DNA of 48,732 nt from contig JYFJ02000131.1 in NCBI GenBank assembly GCA_000934665.2, positions 124,001 through 172,732 on the forward strand, given 5' to 3'. The notes under the pieces are model-generated. The model had not been told where the DNA came from. It saw nothing but the letters and a program-made list of their open reading frames with translations, and ran no database searches. Shown in pieces: positions 45,101 through 48,732 of the stretch; the stretch's first letter is position 1; each line of letters starts with the position of its first letter. The translations under genes and the position numbers were made by a program. Source of the stretch: Catajapyx aquilonaris (taxonomy: Eukaryota).

Positions 45101-48100
45101 CAATTTTCCCATTGAACCTTGAACGAAGTAATGAACGCTCGAATTTCAACTGCAGATCTTTCTTCCCATAGATTCATTTTTGCTCTACTCGACTAAGAGT
45201 GGATCTGACAGAAATCCACCTTGGAAGCTTCAACGATACAGAACGAATTACATTAATGCATAGAAACGTCAATCACAGCTCCCCAGATTCGAAGTGAAAA
45301 TTAAAACCGTCCTCTAGAGACGACAGCAACCTAGCCACTTTCAGGAAAAGGAAGAGTCATTACTTCCCAAGCAAAGGAGGCAAAATTAATATGACCAAGT
45401 AACCCTCAGGGATGCATAACTACTGTATAAACCAGGGGGGGGGGGGGTGATGATTTACTCTGACGAAGTTTGCACTTGCATTCGGTTTTCTGGGGAGGAA
45501 AATTACTCACCAAGAACCTCCCAAGTATACTACATTGATGAAGTTTTAATTGACTTCACACAAAAAATTAACGCTAAGATGCCGTGCAACTTTGCAAAGT
45601 TGAGAACGTGATAAATTTTACAGCTTAAGCTATTTATTTATTTCGTGGGGTCTAAATGTGATTTTGCGAAAGAGTTCGGCCACACAATCCTGCTTGCTGT
45701 GTTCTGCTGAGAATCGATTTACCAAATTACTGGACGGGAACAATCCGGTGCAAAGATTCCCTCTTTTAGCCTTGGAGTGAATTGGACCACCATTACCACC
45801 ACCTGCTTCGGCAGGAAATGTTGCCAAATTCGGAGCAAATTAACTAAATGGCGATGGAAAACTTGCCAAAATCTTTGAATGTGCCTTGTGTCCTATAAGT
45901 GAACCTTATTTTTTTTAAGTCTCGAAGGCCTGTAAAGGTGGGTGGCATATCGCAGTCTTCTGACAATGATTTAATGTAAATTATTTATTTTATTATAATT
46001 ACAATCATTCTGTTGACCAAATGTAAAATGTTTCTATGCAATCTACGGATGTCACTTACTCATTCTTGGACATGACTTTTTATAAAGTACAGTATAAGTT
46101 CAGCTAAATAATATCACAACCATGTAGCTACTGTGAGCGAAACAGATGTGCGATAACAATCTCTCCCTGTTGCTCTACTTTTGGCTCCACTCTCGCATTT
46201 TAGCAATTTGTACACATCAAAATCATGGAAGACATGCAATCTAAGTAGAGCACTGCAATGTGCAAAAAAAATATGCACTACGTAATGCCTATGCTTGCTT
46301 CCATTATTCCAGATGGAAATAAGCCAAGATGATGGAGACGTAAAAATCGCGACATTTTTTTTAAAATCTCTCCAAAATCTACTTGGGGAAACCAACTAAG
46401 GGAGCGTTGCTGCTAATCTAATATTCTCCAGGCGGAGAATTGGCAAGCTGGCCGGATTCGACCTTGTTTGAGTATGATTATTCCTCTTTGCAAATCACGC
46501 ACAAACTCTCCCGATTAATGCAAATAACCCAGCTTTGGAAACTGCCGGAATGTCGATAAAACCTTCCCTTTGCCACAGAAGGTAAAAGACGATCCATCCA
46601 CAACCTTTGCCTTTTTAATTGCACTCCGCTCAGTAACATATTTTTACGACAATTATTAATCCAAGCCTGGAAATACACTGTTTTTTGGTATTTTTTCACT
46701 AGCGTCTGTTTTCGAGATATTTGCACACAAAAAAATGCCAGAAAATGGATTAAACTTGTTGGAGAAGTTCCAACTAGGCCGACGAGTCGAAACCAGAATT
46801 TTTTTTGCCCTCTCGCCGTTGCATCCTGCTCAGGAAATAGACATTTTTTACCAAGAGATATGACCTGATTGCACTTCCTCTGATCTCGTGTCATTCCCTT
46901 CAATACGACCGTACGTAGTCATGGGAACTGGAAAGGGGTATACCGATTCACCTCGCATCCGAAAATCGTGTGCCTTCATTCCATCTTGTTAAGTCGGAGT
47001 GCACTTGGCCACAACCAGAAAGAAAAGAAGTCGCTTAAAACATTCGCATTTCGGTGATGGAGTTTAGTAAAAGGACCCACCCTTTTATGATCGTTCAGGT
47101 GGCAATCTCCTGGGTGACCTTGTTGGGATTCGATTTAAAATGAGTGCCCAATTCCGGACACTTACCCGCGGAATTGACGGACGTACAAGTGTGGCTTGCA
47201 ATTTGTTCGAAAACGACAAGTAAATTCGAGTCCAAAGACGTCATATGCAGGGGAATAAATAAGAGTTGGCCAAATAAGTGTGAAGTGTGGCAATGATTTT
47301 AGATGCATTTCAGAGGTATACATAAAATGCAGACGGAAAATATTTAAACTAAAAGTCACTCCAAACTTCAGAAATTATGTATTTCTGTTCGTACAGTACA
47401 TGAGAGTTAATGCATGTAATTACAGTTAGTCGTTTCCATGTAATACATGAATATTTATAATAAAATTATATGGACGAACATATAACAGCTGCAGAGTATC
47501 TTTAGCGTCAACATTAACGGTTAAATTCCCAATACTGGGAAAAGTTGATGAAATTTTAATTCGAAGTAATTTAGCATTTGTTTTTACAGCTGAGTGTTCA
47601 CACACGCTTGTAACCTCAGAGACACAGCATGAGTTTCGACACACAGTCCCGTAACATTAAAATTTTATGGGACAAAATGCACAGATTTTGTCAAATACTG
47701 TAGCGTACTGGTTTCCGACCTTTGTGCCGAGATGTTTACAGGCAGTGAAAAATTTGTAGGCATGTCCTATTGTCCTACATGCTACATCCCTAACTACATT
47801 AGCCTACCTAACTTTCCATTATACCCTAACTCTCTATCAGCTTGCTGCTGCCCTATTTTTGGAGTTGTCCATATGAAGTACACAGTATACATGACAATCT
47901 CAGACAATTAGATTTTTCTCTATTTGATATCCATTACGGAGATCATCGACTGCCAATATTGTTGATTGATACGCGGATGATCGTAGATTTTTGTTGGCTT
48001 TTTCTCACTCCCCAGTTTTTCATTGTAGAGCTAGAGGAGATGCTTAACCAGCACAGGTCTCCCTATTTAGTGTCAGCTCAAATCAAACTTAATTCGTTAT

Positions 48101-48732
48101 TCTCTCTGCCGGTAATGTCCACCTCGCTTTAAAGAAGTAAAAAAAAACATCCCTTGGTTTTATATGGGAAACACGCGAATTGATTAATGGAAAGTGCACA
48201 CACAATATTACGTGAAGACGGAGGAATTTCAATGGAAAGCAAAAATAAATAAAAATTACCTTCATGCTCTCCTCCACTTTATGGTAAATAACCGCTAAAT
48301 TGAAAATGCATTTTATTGTCACCACTCAATTTAATAAGTGAAAAATCCTTCAATAATTTGTAATGTCCATCAAGCTAATCTTGTGTTAATTCGCCATGAG
48401 TGGCAGATGCGAGGCCAAATCCGGCATTTAAAAAACCCATTTCAAATCAAATTATCCGATTTATAACGCTCCTGGTCCCAGTTCTTAGCAACAGAGGAAA
48501 ATGCGATGTGTGGTCTTCTGTATAACAGAGAGGTAATCGAAGTATAGTGGTGAAAGGAAAGGGATGGATGGGAAGTAATAAGCTTATAAATGGAGGTTTT
48601 GTGAGAAAGCTACGGTCTCAGTTGCAGATCTAGTGGAAAAGATTGCAGCTGTGTACCCAGATAGTCAATACCACCGGTCTCTTATTTGAACTATTTTTTC
48701 CACCTAAGGTCTACAGATCTACGTCAAACAAC

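Noticed and set aside
1..48732. CRISPR array, prokaryotic operon/defence system, rRNA or intact tRNA
   Set aside because: No regularly spaced direct repeats with unique spacers, coding density very low, and microsatellites plus eukaryotic transposons indicate an animal genome.

Overview
Eukaryotic, invertebrate-like (probably arthropod) genomic DNA: AT-rich, gene-poor and scattered with decayed transposons. I see no operon, rRNA, intact tRNA or CRISPR array. The only well-supported genes are two head-to-tail, intronless, ~97%-identical paralogs (17329-18423 and 24948-26042, + strand, 364 aa from the first ATG). They belong to the MpaB/Lcp (DUF2236, ER-bound oxygenase / rubber oxygenase catalytic domain) family and keep the R-x3-T...H haem motif. 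A third, more diverged, 5'-truncated pseudogene fragment (18581-~18969) is fused directly behind copy 1. The spacer between the copies holds a mariner transposase relic (WVPHNL) cut off by a GC-rich, internally deleted hAT-like element, plus a tRNA-derived sequence. Elsewhere there are an RTE-type LINE relic, a possible piggyBac relic, several MITE/foldback elements, microsatellites and an orphan TATA promoter candidate with AP-1/ARE motifs near 30.1 kb. The best candidate for new biology is this birth-and-death cluster of animal Lcp/MpaB-like oxygenases with altered family motifs. All family assignments come from motif recognition by eye, not database searches.
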